From positions 5,728,001 through 5,792,000 of the forward strand of contig OZ242374.1 of assembly GCA_965209055.1 (NCBI GenBank): a DNA stretch of 64,000 bases, given 5' to 3'. A model generated the notes under the pieces. The model had not been told where the DNA came from and made no database searches. It saw only the letters and a program-made list of their open reading frames with translations. Numbering within the stretch: the first letter of the stretch is position 1; each line of letters begins with the position of its first letter. Below are positions 41,140 through 51,532 of the stretch, one piece after another. Origin of the DNA: Acidobacteriota bacterium. Its GTDB lineage: Bacteria; Acidobacteriota; UBA6911; RPQK01; JAJDTT01. The position numbers were made by a program, and so were the translations under genes.

Positions 41140-42465
41140 ATGGTGAAGCCGATCGAGCGAAGGAGTTTCCTGAAGAGTTCCGCCGGTGTGGTGGCTACGG
41201 CCGCCGTGGGCACCGGTTCCGCCGCCGGCCTCCTGTCCCGGGCCGATGCCAACGACACCATCCGGGCGGGAGTGGTGGGACTCCGAGGACGGGGCAGGTC
41301 TCACATCAAGGGTTTCGCCGGATTGCCGAAGGTGGAAGTCGCGGCGTTGTGCGACGTGGACGAAAACATCATGGCCGAGCGTGCCTCCGACCTGGAAGAG
41401 CTGACGGGGCGGAAGGCCCGGACCTACACCGACATGCGCCGCTTGCTGGAGGCCAAGGACATCGACGTGGTGGGATTCGCCACGCCCAACCACTGGCACG
41501 CCTTGGGCGGGATCTGGGCCTGCCAGGCGGGCAAGGACGCGTACGTGGAGAAACCCTGCTCCCACAACATCTGGGAAGGCCGAAAGCTGGTGGAAGCGGC
41601 CCGCCGTTATGGCCGGATCGTCCAGCACGGCACCCAGTCCCGGTCCAGCGCCGGTGTTCGCGAGGGAATCCGGAAGCTCCGGGAAGGGGTGATCGGGGAC
41701 GTCTACATGGCCAAGGGACTCTGCTACAAGTGGAGGAACACCATCGGCCACACCCCGGAAGAGCCGGTTCCGGGCGGCGTCCACTACGACCTGTGGCTGG
41801 GTCCCGCGCCCCAACGCTCCTACAGCCGCAACCGGTTTCACTACAACTGGCACTGGCACTGGGACTACGGCAACGGCGACATCGGGAACCAGGGCGTGCA
41901 CGAGATGGACATGGCGCGTTGGGGGCTGGGAGTCGGCTTGCCCACCCGGGTCCAGTCATCCGGCGGCCACTACATGTTCGACGACGACCAGGAGACGCCA
42001 AACTGCCAGTTGGCCACTTTCGAGTACCCGGACCAGAAGAAGCAACTGGTCTTCGAGGTGCGCCACTGGATCACCAATCATGAAGCCGGCCTGGGCAAAG
42101 GCGAGTCCAACGAGGTGGGGGTCCTCTTCTTCGGCTCCGAGGGCTACATGGTCATGCAGGGCGGCAAGGGTTACCGCACCTACCTGGGACGGAAACGGGA
42201 GCCGGGAGCGACCCGCATGGAAGGGGGCAACAACTTCGCCAATTTCATCGAGGCCGTCCGCTCCCGCCGGACGGAGGACCTCAACGCCGAGATCGAAGAG
42301 GGCCACCTCTCTTCGGCGCTCTGTCACCTGGCGAACATGGCCTATCGCACCGGCCGGACGCTGGATTTCGATCCGGAGACCGAGACGGTCCGGGGCGACG
42401 GCGAGGCCAGCACCCTGCTGACGCGCGATTACCGAGCCCCCTTCGTGGTCCCCGAAGTGGTCTGA
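41140..42465 (+). CDS. Tat-exported Gfo/Idh/MocA oxidoreductase
   Basis: ERRSFLK Tat signal; GLRGRG; ATPNHWH; YVEKP; QHGTQSRS. Confidence 0.92.
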   Translation: MVKPIERRSFLKSSAGVVATAAVGTGSAAGLLSRADANDTIRAGVVGLRGRGRSHIKGFAGLPKVEVAALCDVDENIMAERASDLEELTGRKARTYTDMRRLLEAKDIDVVGFATPNHWHALGGIWACQAGKDAYVEKPCSHNIWEGRKLVEAARRYGRIVQHGTQSRSSAGVREGIRKLREGVIGDVYMAKGLCYKWRNTIGHTPEEPVPGGVHYDLWLGPAPQRSYSRNRFHYNWHWHWDYGNGDIGNQGVHEMDMARWGLGVGLPTRVQSSGGHYMFDDDQETPNCQLATFEYPDQKKQLVFEVRHWITNHEAGLGKGESNEVGVLFFGSEGYMVMQGGKGYRTYLGRKREPGATRMEGGNNFANFIEAVRSRRTEDLNAEIEEGHLSSALCHLANMAYRTGRTLDFDPETETVRGDGEASTLLTRDYRAPFVVPEVV

Positions 42466-42514
42466 GTCCCCCGGAATGGAAGCGGGTCCGCCGGAGGCCG
42501 GTGGACCCTGTCGT

Positions 42515-42590
42515 GGGCGGTTAGCTCAGCTGGGAGAGCACCTCCCTTACAAGGAGGAGGCCGGCAGTTCGAACCTGCCACCGCCCACCA
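42515..42590 (+). tRNA. tRNA-Val (TAC)
   Basis: GGGCGGTTAGCTCAGCTGGGAGAGCACCTCC-CTTACAA-GGAGGAGGCCGGCAGTTCGAACCTGCCACCGCCCACCA. Confidence 0.97.
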
Positions 42591-42602
42591 GCCCCCCGCC
42601 GT

Positions 42603-43431
42603 TCACGATTCCGCAGACTTCCGGTTCAACTCCTTCGATCGGGCCGTCGCCGCCGCCACCGCGCTCATGAGCGCGGCCCGCAGGCCCCGGTCTTCCAGCT
42701 CCCTCAATGCCGCCGCGGTGGTGCCCCCGGGAGTCGTCACCCGATCCCTGAGCACCGCCGGATGCTCGCCGCTTTCCTGCACCTGCATGGCCGCCCCCAA
42801 CACGGTCTGGGCGGCCAGCTTCATGGCCACCTCCCGGGGGAGGCCCATGTGGACCCCGCCGTCGCAGAGGGCTTCGATGACGGTGTAGACGTAGGCCGGA
42901 CCGCTGCCGCTGAGTCCGGTGACGGCGTCCAGGAGCTTCTCCTCCACCCGGACCACATTTCCCACCGCCCTGAAGAGGGTCTCGGCGACCTGGTAGTGCT
43001 CTTCGGCCGCCGGATCGCAACCGGCGATGGCGCTGGCCGCGGCATCCACGGTGGCAGCGATGTTCGGCATGACCCGGATAACCGGGTTGTTCTTCCCCAG
43101 TAGGTCTCGAATGCGGCTGCTCTCGACCCCGGCCAGGATCGAGATGACGAGTTGACCGGGCCGCACGGAACCGCGAATGCCGGCCGCCACCTGGGGAAGG
43201 ATCTGAGGCTTGACCGCCAGCATGATGACGTCGGCTCCGGCGACATGGGGCCCCGGGTCGACGTCGACATTCACGCCATGGCGCGACCGGAGCGTTTCCA
43301 GAAGGCCGGGCAGGATGTCGATCACGGTGACCCTGCGGGCCGGCGCCAGTCCGGACTGGATGATCCCCCGGAGCAGAGCCGCTCCCATGTTTCCGTCCGC
43401 CACCGATCAGTAGAACGCTTTTTTCCTGCAT
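42603..43431 (-). pseudogene. proC: Pyrroline-5-carboxylate reductase, frameshifted near the N-terminus
   Basis: MQEKSVLLIGGG (from 43431) and GNMGAALLRG...RVMPN...SGSGPAY...TTPGGTT are in different frames, joined by a CGGA tandem duplication at 43392-43399. Could be a sequencing or assembly error. Confidence 0.75.
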
Positions 43432-43457
43432 GGGAATCTTTGCCTTCGGAGGATATC

Positions 43458-44609
43458 ATGAGCGACTCACGGAGATTCCGGATCCCCGGAGGCGGGGCAT
43501 CACGTCGCCGTAGTAAACTGGGCCGGACAACCGCGGAACGAGCGATGGAGAATCGATACGAACGCTGGGCCAAAATCTCCCTGAGCGGGGACCTCTTCCC
43601 CCGGGTAGAGGCCATGGAGGTCCTGACCGATCCCGCCGTCGACATCCTCCGCCTGGCGGCGGCTGCCGGCGACGTGCGGATGGCCCGCTTCGGGCGCAAG
43701 GTGAAGGTCCACCAGATCAACAACATCAAGAATGGCCTCTGCCCCGAGGACTGCGGCTACTGCGCCCAGTCCAAGATCTCCCAGGCCCCGCTGCGCAAGT
43801 ACGCCATGAAGGACGAGGAATCCATCGTCCAGGAGGCCCGGGAGGCCAAGGAGCAAGGGGTCTACCGGTACTGCATGGTGGCCAGCGGCCGCGGACCCAC
43901 TCCCCAGGAGGCGGCCAAGCTCGCCCGGATCATCCGCCGCATCGACCAGGAGGTGGGGATCCGGACCTGCCTCTCGGCGGGCCTGGTGGACTTCGAGAAG
44001 GCCAGCCTGTTCAAGCGGGCCGGCCTGGATCGGCTCAACCACAATCTGAACACCAGCCGCCGCCACACCGGCAGCATCGTGGGCACCCACACCTACCAGG
44101 ACCGGATCGCCACCCTGGAAGCGGCCAGCCGAGCCGGCCTGGAGAGCTGCAGCGGCATGATCACCGGAATGGGCGAGACGGACGAGGACATCCTGGACGT
44201 GGCGTACGAGCTCCGTTCGCTGGAGGTCCCCTCCATCCCGGTCAATTTCCTGATCCCCATCGAGGGCAACCCGGTGTACGACTTCGATCAACTCTCGCCG
44301 CGCCGCTGCCTCCGGATTCTGTGCGCCTTCCGGTTCATCAATCCCCGGGCGGAGATCCGGGTCGCTGCCGGTCGGGAGGGGCACCTCCGCCAACTGCAGG
44401 TCCTCTCCCTCTATCCGGCGAACTCCCTCTTTGTGGACGGTTACCTGGCCACCCGCGGCGACCCCAAACAGCCGGTCTACCGCATGATTCGCGACGCCGG
44501 TTTCGAAATCGAAGGGGAACCGCCTTCCGGCAGTCCCCGGACCTCGGGTCAGAATTACGCCATCGACGACAATCCCAGCATCCTGAATCCCAAGACGGCG
44601 CGTGTGTAG
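43458..44609 (+). CDS. bioB: Biotin synthase (radical SAM)
   Basis: GGAGGA RBS; CPEDCGYCAQS; NHNLNTS; IPVNFL.PI.G; RVAAGRE. Confidence 0.94.
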   Translation: MSDSRRFRIPGGGASRRRSKLGRTTAERAMENRYERWAKISLSGDLFPRVEAMEVLTDPAVDILRLAAAAGDVRMARFGRKVKVHQINNIKNGLCPEDCGYCAQSKISQAPLRKYAMKDEESIVQEAREAKEQGVYRYCMVASGRGPTPQEAAKLARIIRRIDQEVGIRTCLSAGLVDFEKASLFKRAGLDRLNHNLNTSRRHTGSIVGTHTYQDRIATLEAASRAGLESCSGMITGMGETDEDILDVAYELRSLEVPSIPVNFLIPIEGNPVYDFDQLSPRRCLRILCAFRFINPRAEIRVAAGREGHLRQLQVLSLYPANSLFVDGYLATRGDPKQPVYRMIRDAGFEIEGEPPSGSPRTSGQNYAIDDNPSILNPKTARV

Positions 44610-44637
44610 TGGCAAGATGAGGAGGGAGGAACCGGAA

Positions 44638-45573
44638 ATGAACTCCCGATCCGGCCCGCCGCCTCTCCAAAAGGGCATCATCTCCGTCATCCAGACCCCC
44701 TTCGATTCCCAGGGCGCCGTAGACCAGGCCTCCCTGGACAACCTGGTGGAGGACGCCATCGCCGGAGGGGTAAACGGTTTCCTGGTACCGGCGGTGGCCA
44801 GCGAGGTCGCCTGCCTCACCGCCGATGAGCGCGCCGGCATCGTCCGGCGCGTCGCCGGGATCGTGGCCGGGCGTGTCCCCATCATCGTGGGAGCCTCCGA
44901 CTCCCGGCCTCGCGTCTGCATCGAGCAGGCAAAACTGGCCCGGGAGGTCGGGGCTGCCGCGTACCTGGTGGCGGTGCCCACCGAGCTGTACCAGGAACCG
45001 GAACGGGTGGAGCCGTTCTTTCGGGAGGTGGTCGAGGGCGCCGGGGACTTCCCGTTGATGCTGCAGGACCTGGATTTCACCGGTCCGGGCCTGACTCCCG
45101 AAATGATCCGCCGGCTCACGCAGGTGCTTCCCAGCTTGTCCTCGCTCAAGATCGAGTCGAATCCGGCCGGACCCAAGTACACGGCCATCCGGGAAATCTG
45201 CGGAGGCGGGATGTTCCTGGCCGGAGGTTGGGCCATCGCCCAGATGATCGAAGCGCTGGATCGGGGCGTGGACGCCATGATTCCCGAATGCTCCATGGTG
45301 CGGGTCTGGTCGGCCGTCGACCGCTGTTACCGCAGCGGCCGCCGCGAGGAAGCGATCCGACTCTTCAATCGCGTCCAGCCTGTGGTGGGGTTTACGCACC
45401 AGGACCTGTCGGTGGCCATCGCTTTCGGAAAACGGCTGCTGGTGCGGAGAGGCATTTTCGCCACGGAGTACACGCGGTTCGGAGATTTCCGGTGGGACCG
45501 GTACAACGGCCGTGTCGCCGGCGAGCTCATCGATTACTACTTGGAGTTGGAGGCGTCCGTCTCCGCTGCTTGA
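44638..45573 (+). CDS. Dihydrodipicolinate synthase-family aldolase/dehydratase
   Basis: GIISVIQTPF, VASEV..LT..ER, Schiff-base Lys in LKIES; GGAGG RBS. Confidence 0.82.
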   Translation: MNSRSGPPPLQKGIISVIQTPFDSQGAVDQASLDNLVEDAIAGGVNGFLVPAVASEVACLTADERAGIVRRVAGIVAGRVPIIVGASDSRPRVCIEQAKLAREVGAAAYLVAVPTELYQEPERVEPFFREVVEGAGDFPLMLQDLDFTGPGLTPEMIRRLTQVLPSLSSLKIESNPAGPKYTAIREICGGGMFLAGGWAIAQMIEALDRGVDAMIPECSMVRVWSAVDRCYRSGRREEAIRLFNRVQPVVGFTHQDLSVAIAFGKRLLVRRGIFATEYTRFGDFRWDRYNGRVAGELIDYYLELEASVSAA

Positions 45574-45593
45574 GCCCGGGAAAGGAGAGCCTG

Positions 45594-47966
45594 ATGCAAG
45601 AATCCTGGATCGCGCGTAGTGGAGACAGCCGGGTCCTGATTCCGCTCGGACTGTTTCTGGCAATCGCGGTGCTGAGTGCCGGCCGCGCAGAGGCTTCCAC
45701 TGCCCCCCCGAACTGCGCCATCGTCCTGGGATCCGAGGCGCCGGAATTGGAGCGCTACGCCGCCCGCGAGCTGCGCCGCTACCTGGGCGACTTGTACGGC
45801 ATCCAGGCGTTTCCACGTGCGGCGATTTCCCCTCAGGCCGACGTCAACCTGATTCTGGGAAGCCCGGGGACGAACCGGGCCGTCTCCCTGGTGATGGGCG
45901 AGGCGGGATGGCCCCGGGTCAGCGACCAGGGACTGGTCCTGAAGACCGTCTCCTGGAACGGCAAACCGGCGGTGATCGTGGGGGGAGGCAGCCCGGCGGC
46001 GACGCTTTGGGCCGTTTACGACTTCCTGGAACAGTTGGGGGTCCGTTTTCTGCTGGAAAAGGACGTGCTTCCCGCCCGTCCAGCCCCGTTCCCGCCCCCA
46101 AGCCTGGACAAGGTCCAGGAGCCCCGCTTCCGGTTCCGCTCCTACCGGGCCATCAACAACCTGGCCACGTCGCTCATCTTCTACGGAATGGACGACTACC
46201 GGCACCTCATCGATCAACTGGCCAAGTTGAAGTTCAATGTCCTGTACTGCCAGATCTATCCCCATCAGCCCTTCGTCCATTTTCAGTTCCGGGACCAGCC
46301 CAAGACGACGGGTGTGTTCCATTACGGATGGAAGGTGCCGATTCACGGAGAGACCATCGGGCGCGAGCTCTTCGGCGGCCGAACCGAGTTGGTGAACCCC
46401 GACATGGCCGGGGCCGAGACCTACCAGGAACGGGTTCGCGCCGCCCAGAAGCTGCTGCACGACCTGCTGGCCTACGCCAAGAGCCGGGGGATGCAGACCG
46501 GCATCAACTTCCGGATCAACCAGTTCACCAACGAGTTCAACTGGCGGCTCCCCGAATGGTCCGACCGGGAGTATGTCCCGCGGGAGTTGATGGAGGGCAC
46601 GCACAACGGACGGCTGGGCATCTCCGAATACGGCGTGGACCCCACGGCCTTCCCCTACATGACTCCGGACAATCCAGCGGTCACCGGTCTGAACAAGGCC
46701 ATCATCCAGGCCCACATCAACACCTATCCGGAGGCGGATTTCTACGGCCTGACCCAGCCCGAAAATCCGGGAGGCGGCGAGTACTACAAGACCATGTGGA
46801 AGCGCCTGGACCGCAAGTACAAGCTGGAACCGCGGTTCAGCCTGGAAAAGATGGAGGAATCGGCCCGAACCAATATCCTGCCGGTGGGGGTCCGCGCACC
46901 AGGCCGTCCACTTTATGAACTCAAGGGAGCCATCGCCAACGCCGATACATTGGACAAGCTGCTCAACGAGGAGCGGATCCTGGAAGGGACCGCCAATCCG
47001 GACGCCACCGTCGTGGTCGCCACCTTCAGCGACGAGTTCTACCCGGTCATGCTCAAGATCTTTCCGGAAAGGTCGATGCTCCTGGTCCGGATGGACTACC
47101 TGACCTCGCTGGCGGCCCGCCGCGCGGAGATGCTTTCCTTTGCCAGCGAGCATCCGGGGCAGGTGGCCACCCTGGCCACCCTGGCGGACGACAACGTGGG
47201 CATCCTGCCCCAGCTCCCCACGCAGCCGCTTCATCGCATCCTTCAGGCCATGGAGCGCTATGGCGTGCACGGATTCTTCGGCCGCCAGTTCCTGGTGACC
47301 AAGCTGGAAGCGGGAACGGCCTATCTGGCCCAGGCGTCCTGGTCCTCCGAGGCGACTCCCGAGTCGGTCTATCGGGACCAGGTGGAACAGGTCTGCGGCT
47401 CCGAAGCCGTCCCCGAGATGCTGGAGTTCTACCGGATCCTGGAACGGGCCACGGCCCGGGGAGACGAGATCGCCATGGGATTCCTCTTTCCGGTCACCCG
47501 GATGATGCGAAAGCACTGGCACAGCCAGAAAGGTCCGGTGCCGGAATGGAACGAATTGAAGGCCTACTACGTGGAGACCATCCCCCTGCTCGAGTCCGCT
47601 CTGACGAAGACTCGGCCCGAGGGACGGAGCTACCTGGAGCAGCTTCTGGGGCAGGTGCGTTTCGGTGTCGACTACATCGAAGCCGTGCAGACGGTTCGCC
47701 GAGCCCGGGTCGAGTACGACCTCTCCCAACAGGCCTTCGTCCAGAAAGACGCCCGCAGCTTCGAGAAGCGGATCCGGGGAGCCCACGGGCAACTGGAAAA
47801 GGCGGTGGATCTCCTGGGTTCGGGCATCCACTCCTGGGCCGGCGCCGTCCGCGATCCTTCGGATCTGGGGGCCCTGGGTGTCCTCAACTACTTCTGCCGC
47901 GACTACCTCAAGGGGGTCGCCCTGGACGTCTACCTGGAAGCGGAGAACTGGAGAATGCGGTTCTAA
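45594..47966 (+). CDS. Secreted glycoside hydrolase-like protein (GH20/GH67-type N-terminal domain)
   Basis: AAGGAG RBS; signal peptide; AARELRRYL, GGSPAATLWAVYDFLE.LGVRF, PRFRFR, IDQLAKLKFN. Confidence 0.7.
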   Translation: MQESWIARSGDSRVLIPLGLFLAIAVLSAGRAEASTAPPNCAIVLGSEAPELERYAARELRRYLGDLYGIQAFPRAAISPQADVNLILGSPGTNRAVSLVMGEAGWPRVSDQGLVLKTVSWNGKPAVIVGGGSPAATLWAVYDFLEQLGVRFLLEKDVLPARPAPFPPPSLDKVQEPRFRFRSYRAINNLATSLIFYGMDDYRHLIDQLAKLKFNVLYCQIYPHQPFVHFQFRDQPKTTGVFHYGWKVPIHGETIGRELFGGRTELVNPDMAGAETYQERVRAAQKLLHDLLAYAKSRGMQTGINFRINQFTNEFNWRLPEWSDREYVPRELMEGTHNGRLGISEYGVDPTAFPYMTPDNPAVTGLNKAIIQAHINTYPEADFYGLTQPENPGGGEYYKTMWKRLDRKYKLEPRFSLEKMEESARTNILPVGVRAPGRPLYELKGAIANADTLDKLLNEERILEGTANPDATVVVATFSDEFYPVMLKIFPERSMLLVRMDYLTSLAARRAEMLSFASEHPGQVATLATLADDNVGILPQLPTQPLHRILQAMERYGVHGFFGRQFLVTKLEAGTAYLAQASWSSEATPESVYRDQVEQVCGSEAVPEMLEFYRILERATARGDEIAMGFLFPVTRMMRKHWHSQKGPVPEWNELKAYYVETIPLLESALTKTRPEGRSYLEQLLGQVRFGVDYIEAVQTVRRARVEYDLSQQAFVQKDARSFEKRIRGAHGQLEKAVDLLGSGIHSWAGAVRDPSDLGALGVLNYFCRDYLKGVALDVYLEAENWRMRF

Positions 47967-47981
47967 CGGGATAACGAATCA

Positions 47982-49040
47982 ATGGAATCAAGAGTCTTTT
48001 CGGCCGACGAGTTGAGGGATCTGGCCCGGCGTATCTTCGCCGCCGCCGGCAGCAGCGATGGGGAGGCGGTCACAATCGCCACCCGCCTGGTGAAGAGCAA
48101 CCTGGTGGGGCACGACTCCCACGGGGTCATCCGGATTCCGCGCTATTGGGAGTGGATCAGGAAGGGCCTGGTCCTGCCCAACCGGAAAGTGACGTTCGTC
48201 CTGGACCGGGGTCCCGTCGCCGTGCTGGACGGAAACAGCGGTTTCGGGCAGTCGACGGGAGAGCAGACCATGGAGATCGCCATCGACCGGGCCCGGCGCC
48301 ACGGTTGCAGCATGGTGGGACTCCGGAACACGGGACACCTGGGCCGGATCGGCGATTGGCCGGAGATGGCGACTGCCGCGGGAATGCTCAGCCTGCACTT
48401 CGTGAACACCAGCGGAATGGGCAACCTGGTGGCGCCCTACGGCGGCAAGGACCGGCGCCTCTCCGCCAATCCCATCGCCTGCGGCGTGCCTCAGCGGGAG
48501 GGCCCTCCCCTCATCATGGACATGTCCGCCTGCATGATCGCCGAGGGGAAGGTCCGGGTGGCCCTCCACAAGGGCGTGCAAGTCCCCGACGGATGCCTCA
48601 TCGACTCGGAGGGCCTTCCCACCACCGATCCGGAACTCTTCTACCGGCATCCTCCCGGTTCCATACTCCCCATCGCGGGACACAAGGGCTACGTCCTGAG
48701 CTTCATGATCGAAATACTGGCGGGAGCCCTCACCGGAGGATCGTGCACCAATCCCGCCAACGCCCACAAACTGGCCAACGGAATGTTCACCATCGTCATC
48801 GACCGGAGCTGGTTCGCAGACCGTGACGAGTTCTTCGACGAGGTCGACCGGTACGTCCACTACGTGAAGAGCTCCCGGACCATCGATCCCGACGGCGAGA
48901 TCCTGGTCCCCGGCGAGTTGGAGGTGCGCACTTCGAAGACGCGAACGCGGGAGGGAATTCCTCTGGCCGGCACCACCATCGGGCAGATCCTCCAGGTCTG
49001 CGAAGAGCTGAACATCGACTCGGGGTGGCAGGCCGGCTGA
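47982..49040 (+). CDS. Ldh2-family (malate/lactate/ureidoglycolate) dehydrogenase, HcxB/YbiC-like
   Basis: GHDSHGVIR, GHLGRIG, ANPIA, GHKGY, PGELE. Confidence 0.9.
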   Translation: MESRVFSADELRDLARRIFAAAGSSDGEAVTIATRLVKSNLVGHDSHGVIRIPRYWEWIRKGLVLPNRKVTFVLDRGPVAVLDGNSGFGQSTGEQTMEIAIDRARRHGCSMVGLRNTGHLGRIGDWPEMATAAGMLSLHFVNTSGMGNLVAPYGGKDRRLSANPIACGVPQREGPPLIMDMSACMIAEGKVRVALHKGVQVPDGCLIDSEGLPTTDPELFYRHPPGSILPIAGHKGYVLSFMIEILAGALTGGSCTNPANAHKLANGMFTIVIDRSWFADRDEFFDEVDRYVHYVKSSRTIDPDGEILVPGELEVRTSKTRTREGIPLAGTTIGQILQVCEELNIDSGWQAG

Positions 49041-49079
49041 CCGGACCGGCTCCTTCCCGTCCTCTCCGGCAGATGCGCC

Positions 49080-50006
49080 ATGGGCCTGATGGATTGGATC
49101 AAGGCAGCCGACTATGGCGTGGCCCTGCCCACCATCTCGAAGCTGCCGCGTGCGCTGGCCTACGGCCTGGCCGATCTCCGGGGAAGATTGCTCGCCTGCG
49201 CGCTCCGCGACTCTTTCGCCTGGGCCTCGCGAAACGTCGAGTCCACATTTCCCCATCGCAGCGCGGCTGAGCGCCGAAGGATCGTCATCGGCCACTACCA
49301 GGCCGAGTCCCGCAACGAGATGGAGGCGTTCTGGTACCCGAAGCCCTTGGACCATCTCCAATCCTTCGTCCGGTGCACCGGTCTGGACACCCTGCGGGAA
49401 GCCGCCGCCGCCGGAGACGGCGTCCTCCTCTTTTCCGGCCACATGGGGAGCACCGGGCTCTTCTTCGTCTTCACCGGCAAGAGCGGAGTCCCCATGAACA
49501 TCGTCGGACGGTCCATCGAACCGGAGGACAACCCGCTGCATCCGGCGGTTCTCCGTTACAACCGGAAACGGGTCCGCTGGATCGAAACGGCCATCGGACA
49601 CCCCTTTCTCATGACCGGACGCGGCAACTACTCCAGGCTCGTGGAGAAGCTTCGGTCCGGAGAGGTCGTCATGATGCTGGCCGATGTGGCGCCCACACTG
49701 GTGAACCCGAAACACACGACGGAGGTGAGGTTCTTCGGCCGGCGCGCCTGGTTCCCCAACGGCATCGCCAGCCTCTTCTTCACCACCGGATCCCGTCTTC
49801 TCCACTGGAGGATCCACAGAAACCAGGAGACGGGCCACCAGGAGATCGAGATCTCGGAGGTGACGGACTCCTTCCGCTCCGCCGCCGGCAGAGCGGAATT
49901 CATGCAGAAGCTGGTGGGACTGCTGGAGCAGGATATCCGCAGTTACCCCGATCATTGGTTGAGTTGGGACTCGCTGGAACACTACTTCCGGCAACCGGAA
50001 GGGTAG
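49080..50006 (+). CDS. Lipid A lauroyl/lysophospholipid acyltransferase-family protein
   Basis: GVLLFSGHMG, MLAD, VRFFG, IRSYPDHWL.W. Confidence 0.75.
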   Translation: MGLMDWIKAADYGVALPTISKLPRALAYGLADLRGRLLACALRDSFAWASRNVESTFPHRSAAERRRIVIGHYQAESRNEMEAFWYPKPLDHLQSFVRCTGLDTLREAAAAGDGVLLFSGHMGSTGLFFVFTGKSGVPMNIVGRSIEPEDNPLHPAVLRYNRKRVRWIETAIGHPFLMTGRGNYSRLVEKLRSGEVVMMLADVAPTLVNPKHTTEVRFFGRRAWFPNGIASLFFTTGSRLLHWRIHRNQETGHQEIEISEVTDSFRSAAGRAEFMQKLVGLLEQDIRSYPDHWLSWDSLEHYFRQPEG

Positions 50007-50024
50007 GAGGGATCCAACGGCGCC

Positions 50025-50456
50025 ATGACCCGATGGATGGCCTTGGACGTGGGTTCCAAGCGGTGCGGAGCCGCCATCACCGACCCCCTGAAATTGACGT
50101 CCCGTCCACTGCTCACGTTTGAACGGAAGAGCCTGGAGGAGGATGTGGCGAGGATCACCGGACTCCTGCGGGAATACCGCGTGGAGAGACTGATCGTGGG
50201 GCAACCCCGGCATCTGAGCGGCCGGCCCAGCTCCATCGCGCAAGCCGCCATCCCCCTGGTGACCCGGCTGCGCGGACTGGGGACGGTTCGGGTAGAGTGG
50301 ATGGACGAACGCCTGTCGACCAAGGAGGCCGAATCGGTCATGCGGGAACTGGGGATCCCGCCCCGCCAGAGGCGGCAGAAGAAGGACGAATTCTCGGCGG
50401 CGGTGATTCTGAAATGGTACCTGGAAGAGCGGGCCACTCCCGGATCGCGGGGATGA
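50025..50456 (+). CDS. ruvX: Putative pre-16S rRNA nuclease / Holliday junction resolvase YqgF
   Basis: ALDVGSKRCGAAITD, DERLST, DEFSAAVIL. Confidence 0.92.
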   Translation: MTRWMALDVGSKRCGAAITDPLKLTSRPLLTFERKSLEEDVARITGLLREYRVERLIVGQPRHLSGRPSSIAQAAIPLVTRLRGLGTVRVEWMDERLSTKEAESVMRELGIPPRQRRQKKDEFSAAVILKWYLEERATPGSRG

Positions 50457-51451
50457 TCCGGCGACTGCTGATCGCGGCCCTGATTCTGGTTGCAATGGCC
50501 CGGGCCGGGTCCAACTGGTGGGACGCCCGCATCAGCGAACCCCATCTGGGGCGTACGACCGGGAGCCGGCTGCTGACCGTGCCCTTCGGAGCGTCGGTGA
50601 GAGGAATCGGCCGGATGCTCCAGGAAGCGGACGTCATTCGGTCCGGCCTCGTCTTTGCGGCCTATGTTCGGTGGAGTGGCGCCGACCCTCTCCAGGCGGG
50701 CGAATACCTTTTTGAGAATCCCGCCAGCCTGACCCAAGTGGTGCAGGTCCTGAGGGAGGGCCGGGTTCACCAGTATCGCATCACCATCCCCGAAGGATTG
50801 ACCCTGGACGAGATCATCGACCGTTTCGTCCAGGAAGGATTGGGACTGCGGCACGAGCTGGAGCCTCTCGCCGCCCGCATCGACCTGCTGGGCGGCCTGG
50901 ACCCCGAGGCCACGGACCTGGAGGGCTACCTGTTCCCCGACACCTACCACTTCACGCGTTCAGACCGGGAGTTGACCCTGGTCTCCACTCTGGTGACCCG
51001 CTTCAAGGAGGTGTGGACCCCCCAGCGGCAGAAGCGCGCCGACGACCTGGACCTCACCATCCGGGAGGTGATCACCCTGGCCTCTCTCATCGAGAAGGAG
51101 ACCGCGCTCCCTGCGGAGCGGGCTCTGGTTTCCGCCGTGTTTCACAACCGGCTTCGGCGGAACATCAAGCTGGACTGCGACCCGACGGTCATCTACGCCA
51201 TCCGGAAGAGCGGCGACTACGACGGAGTGCTTCACAAGAGCGACCTGAGCCTGGACTCTCCGTACAACACCTATCTCTACGCGGGACTCCCTCCCGGCCC
51301 CATCGCCAACCCCGGGACCGCATCCATCGACGCCGCCCTCCACCCGGCCCCGGTCAGGCACCTCTATTTCGTCTCCCGGAACGACGGCAGCCACGTCTTT
51401 TCCACCAGCTACCGGGCGCACCAGCGGGCCGTGCGCCGTTACCAGCGCTGA
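50453..51451 (+). CDS. mltG: Endolytic transglycosylase MltG
   Basis: TIPEG, LEGYLFPDTY, LASLIEKE, SPYNTY..GLPPGPIANPG; ATGA overlap with ruvX. Confidence 0.95.
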   Translation: MIRRLLIAALILVAMARAGSNWWDARISEPHLGRTTGSRLLTVPFGASVRGIGRMLQEADVIRSGLVFAAYVRWSGADPLQAGEYLFENPASLTQVVQVLREGRVHQYRITIPEGLTLDEIIDRFVQEGLGLRHELEPLAARIDLLGGLDPEATDLEGYLFPDTYHFTRSDRELTLVSTLVTRFKEVWTPQRQKRADDLDLTIREVITLASLIEKETALPAERALVSAVFHNRLRRNIKLDCDPTVIYAIRKSGDYDGVLHKSDLSLDSPYNTYLYAGLPPGPIANPGTASIDAALHPAPVRHLYFVSRNDGSHVFSTSYRAHQRAVRRYQR

Positions 51452-51532
51452 CACCCGGCCGGAAAACCACGACTCGCCCCCTCCAATCGGTTCAGCAGTT
51501 AGGTGCTTGCTGATAGACTGTCAACGAGTGGC

